Origin: a virus
Taxonomy: Duplodnaviria > Caudoviricetes
Reading direction: 5' to 3' (one strand)
DNA length: 58,814 nucleotides
IMG/VR virus record: IMGVR_UViG_3300011335_000231
Span: 1 to 58,814 of that record
The translations under genes and the position numbers were made by a program. The notes under the pieces were generated by a model. That model did not search any database, was not told the DNA's origin, and worked only from the letters and a program-made list of their open reading frames with translations. Below are positions 55,872 to 58,814 of the stretch, one piece after another. The stretch's first letter is position 1. Each line of letters starts with the position of its first letter.

Positions 55872-56131
55872 AATCGTTCCAATCTTTCTTCCACCAACCT
55901 AGCATAGCCAATGATGTCATGCCATGAGTCATGATACCAAGGATCACCGTTAACAATGCGAGAGATTTTATTACAGATGAGATCAAGGCTTTCCTTCATA
56001 TCATCATCCATCTCTTTCCATTCAGCACCTGACCTGACAGTTTCTTTTAATGCTTGAGAAACTCTAGAGACATCTTCTTTGTAGTTGCCATACCTAACGC
56101 CTCGTTGTATTAGTGTGTCATCTACATTCAT
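55868..56131 (-). CDS. DUF6378-like protein
   Basis: RG..YG, KI.RI.NGDP, DSW.DI.GY. Confidence 0.75.
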   Translation of the reverse strand: MNVDDTLIQRGVRYGNYKEDVSRVSQALKETVRSGAEWKEMDDDMKESLDLICNKISRIVNGDPWYHDSWHDIIGYARLVEERLERL

Positions 56132-56466
56132 TGTATGCCTCCAGTTGTCTTGGTGTTAATAGTGAAACTACCATCACCAAAGCTGTCATGGTCTGCGTTG
56201 TAAAAGAAGTCACCAACATCAGCAAACATCTTACCGCAATACTCAACAAGCTTGTTAGCAAGTTGTTCATCTTCTTCCATGTGTGGTATCACTGATGCCA
56301 ATATTGTAGCCATACCAATTAAATTGTTTACACTATCTTCACTGATAGTGAGTGGTCCAAAGCCACTGACTAACACTTGAAAGTTATTTGTATACACACC
56401 ATCCACAATATTAGGACGGAGGATGAGTGCAATGTCATTAGGCTTTAAGCTTTTGGAGGAGTCCAT
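56128..56466 (-). CDS. Hypothetical protein
   Basis: 112 aa; tiles the operon. Confidence 0.7.
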   Translation of the reverse strand: MDSSKSLKPNDIALILRPNIVDGVYTNNFQVLVSGFGPLTISEDSVNNLIGMATILASVIPHMEEDEQLANKLVEYCGKMFADVGDFFYNADHDSFGDGSFTINTKTTGGIQ

Positions 56467-57146
56467 ATTTGTCCTTCATATCTTCGTAGAAAAAGAAGCT
56501 GAGCATTCTCTAATACTCTCTCAGCATTACCCTCATAAGCTTCCAACACTTTGTTGTATAGCTCAAGTTCATCTGTTGTGTCCCCAATTATCTTGGCTGC
56601 TTTCACTGGACCAACACGAAACAATCCTTTGATGTTATCGGCAGCATCACCTGTCAACATCTGTGTGTACAACTTAACCAAGCCTTCTTCTGGTTTGATG
56701 TAGTAGCCTAGATGTTTTACAAAGTTATAATGCCAACCAACAATCTGATCTAAGTCTTTGTCTAAAGACACAATGACACAATTGTCACCAAGCTTTGTAG
56801 CTTCAATGGCAATGGTGTCATCAGCTTCTTCACCTTCAGATATAGAAGCACCCCACTCCTTAACAAGATAGTTTCTAAGGAAAGCTAAATGCTTTGGCTT
56901 AGGTTTGTCCACTCTGTTACCTTTGTAAGGCACAGTGGTAGCTATCTCATAGCGGAAGTTGTTCTTACCTGTTAAGTGCATACTCCAACTATCCACGAAG
57001 CAATCAGGATAGATGGTGTCAACACCACACATGAGGACATCAACAATTAAACGCTCCAGTGTACGCTGTGCCGTTGCTTCGTCTTCTTCCTCACATGCGG
57101 ATGCTGCTCGATAAGCGAAGATGTCGCTATCGAACAGGGCTTTCAT
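56445..57146 (-). CDS. 5'-3' exonuclease (T7 gp6-like)
   Basis: D.D, YK.NR, EADD, DKD, GD..DNI.G. Confidence 0.92.
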   Translation of the reverse strand: MKALFDSDIFAYRAASACEEEDEATAQRTLERLIVDVLMCGVDTIYPDCFVDSWSMHLTGKNNFRYEIATTVPYKGNRVDKPKPKHLAFLRNYLVKEWGASISEGEEADDTIAIEATKLGDNCVIVSLDKDLDQIVGWHYNFVKHLGYYIKPEEGLVKLYTQMLTGDAADNIKGLFRVGPVKAAKIIGDTTDELELYNKVLEAYEGNAERVLENAQLLFLRRYEGQIWTPPKA

Positions 57147-57566
57147 TTACAGCACATCCTCATCGTCTGCACTGATGCCGCTTGCTGCAGCATACTCAAT
57201 CAAGTCAGTGACAACCAGCTTCTTCAATGAAGGGCTAACACCTTTCTTATTCTTGTATGTCCAAGAGTATGAAGACACAAGAGCCTTGCCCTTGCTACCA
57301 TTGCCAATGGCTTCAGTGATTTCATCATTGTCTGTATCAAAGACACGGATAGGCTTCTCTGATTTGCAAGTGATGTACCTGCCCATATCAGCCTTCTTAT
57401 CTTCACCAGTTTGTACACTGATGCCCATCTCTTCCAGTGCTTCAACAGCAGCATCAGACAGGTTACATAAGTTCAACTGGAACTTACCAGACATGTCATT
57501 TACTTTGTTGTGCTGACACCAGAACAAATCAGCCTTCAGCTTAATCGCTTTCTTTTCTTCACTCAT
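57147..57566 (-). CDS. Putative single-stranded DNA-binding protein
   Basis: IGNGS motif, acidic C-terminus; between polA and the exonuclease. Confidence 0.75.
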   Translation of the reverse strand: MSEEKKAIKLKADLFWCQHNKVNDMSGKFQLNLCNLSDAAVEALEEMGISVQTGEDKKADMGRYITCKSEKPIRVFDTDNDEITEAIGNGSKGKALVSSYSWTYKNKKGVSPSLKKLVVTDLIEYAAASGISADDEDVL

Positions 57567-57581
57567 AATATTCTCCAATAT

Positions 57582-57604
57582 AAAAATGGTCTGAACGGCA
57601 GACC
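57582..57604 (-). terminator. Terminator-like hairpin after the EndoVII-like gene
   Basis: GGTCTG-CCGTT-CAGACC-ATTTTT. Confidence 0.55.
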
Positions 57605-57625
57605 CACAACCGCCTCTTTCGAGGA

Positions 57626-58114
57626 CTAAGCATTTGTAATATCTAAATAATCAGCAGCCTTCCGAAGTAAAGTTGCATCATCTTTTAACATTCCAATTGC
57701 TCTGTTACATTGGTTACATAGTAACCCACGAACTTTTCCTGTATCATGATTATGATCTACAGCAAAGTTCCAGTGTGCTCTCTCTCCTATTACATTGTTC
57801 TCTGTAGTTTCACAGATAGCACATCGATAACGCTGATGTCTTAGTAAATAGTTATAAGCATCTAATGATATCCCATATTTAGATTTGAGGTTATTTTTCC
57901 TCATACTTAATTTGGAAGATATTAAATTATCTTTTCTCCATTTCTTTCTAGCAAGATCATCACAGTCTTTACAGCGATAAGACTTACCATCACTTTTATT
58001 TTTATAGTTATAAAAATAATCAAATGGTTTTCTAATCTCACAAACACAACAATCTTTTTGTTGCTCTGCTATGTCTTTATCAATCTCATCTTTAGTACGC
58101 TTTAGTTTAGGCAT
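57626..58114 (-). CDS. Endonuclease VII-like HNH homing endonuclease
   Basis: CAIC..VDHNH.TG.VRGLLC..CN. Confidence 0.9.
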   Translation of the reverse strand: MPKLKRTKDEIDKDIAEQQKDCCVCEIRKPFDYFYNYKNKSDGKSYRCKDCDDLARKKWRKDNLISSKLSMRKNNLKSKYGISLDAYNYLLRHQRYRCAICETTENNVIGERAHWNFAVDHNHDTGKVRGLLCNQCNRAIGMLKDDATLLRKAADYLDITNA

Positions 58115-58131
58115 AGTTCCTCCTATCTAAA

Positions 58132-58160
58132 GTTATACCAATCAATGACATTAATGTCAA
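58132..58160 (-). promoter_or_regulatory. Sigma70-type promoter for the EndoVII-like gene
   Basis: TTGACA-17-TATAAC. Confidence 0.75.
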
Positions 58161-58172
58161 TACTGTCATTGA

Positions 58173-58814
58173 TTAATGTGTCTGTTTCCAGTTGTCCCCA
58201 ACCTTACCTTCGGCATCAACTGGACAACGGAAACCTAAAGCTTCACCTGCCTTGGTTGCTGCTTGCTCTATGAGCCTAGCTGCTTCCTCTGCCTGATCTT
58301 CTCTAACTTCCCATTGTGTTTCGTCATGAACAAACGCTAACAGTTTAGCATCTATTCCCTTCTCTTGCAACAGCTTTGTTGATTCAACAAGCCATTGTTT
58401 AGCAATGATAGCACCTGCACTTTGTAACAAAGTATTCAATGCTGCATGCTCAGATCTAACCCACACTCTCCTGCCATCTAAAGCAGGGAGGTGCCCCTTA
58501 GCCATGAGCCTAGATATCTTCTTCTTCAAGGCAGAAAGGCCGGGAGTATTATTGATAAAGCTATCAATAAGTTTCTTGCCTTTGCTACTGTTACCACCAA
58601 CAATGCTTCCAGCTTTAGCTGCCCCTGCTCCATACAACACACCATATGTCAGAGTCTTGGTAACATTCCTAGCCTTCTTATGCTCAGGATTGTTATCATC
58701 TTTCACAGTGCCTTTGTCAACTAAGCCAAAACTCTGTGCATTGAACCAGTGGATATCACCTTTAAGCAACTCAGTGATCCACTCTTGGTCATTGAGATAG
58801 TTACCTAAGCAGCG
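58173..58814 (-). CDS. polA: Family A DNA polymerase, C-terminal part (motifs B and C)
   Basis: R...KT..YG.LYGAG, N.LLQS, VHDE, G.NW..TH. Confidence 0.95.
   Translation of the reverse strand, partial: RCLGNYLNDQEWITELLKGDIHWFNAQSFGLVDKGTVKDDNNPEHKKARNVTKTLTYGVLYGAGAAKAGSIVGGNSSKGKKLIDSFINNTPGLSALKKKISRLMAKGHLPALDGRRVWVRSEHAALNTLLQSAGAIIAKQWLVESTKLLQEKGIDAKLLAFVHDETQWEVREDQAEEAARLIEQAATKAGEALGFRCPVDAEGKVGDNWKQTH

Noticed and set aside
57626-58172. Group I intron with endonuclease splitting polA
   Set aside because: PolA ends with its normal GxNW..H terminus before the endonuclease, which is free-standing with its own promoter.

Overview
The window is an essentially complete, circularly permuted genome (~58.6 kb; positions 1-191 repeat at 58624-58814) of a dsDNA podovirus-like phage. 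The Rz/Rz1 spanins indicate a Gram-negative host. The minus-strand arm (14206 leftward to 1, wrapping to 58814-50714) holds many small early genes, a GP88-like protein, a DUF932-like protein, an ADP-ribosylglycohydrolase, a tyrosine recombinase, T7-type primase-helicase, family A DNA polymerase, SSB, 5'-3' exonuclease, ThyX and class Ia RNR. No phage RNA polymerase is present. The plus-strand arm (15695-50746) holds terminase, portal, scaffold, capsid, tail proteins, four glycine-rich tail paralogs interleaved with two HNH genes, a lysis cassette and large internal virion proteins. The structural genes resemble, from memory only, those of HMO-2011-like aquatic podoviruses. The strongest unexplained signals are: (1) an oriC-like island (DnaA boxes, GATCT repeats, long hairpins) at the strand switch; (2) a ~460-nt highly structured candidate ncRNA ahead of the late operon; (3) a hydrophobic-x-x-G-G tag shared by several virion proteins, which flanks an ADP-ribosyltransferase-like domain while the genome also encodes an ADP-ribosylhydrolase; (4) an rrn-like boxB-boxA element; and (5) apparent CCWGG avoidance. 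All calls were made by eye from motifs; no searches or folding programs were run.
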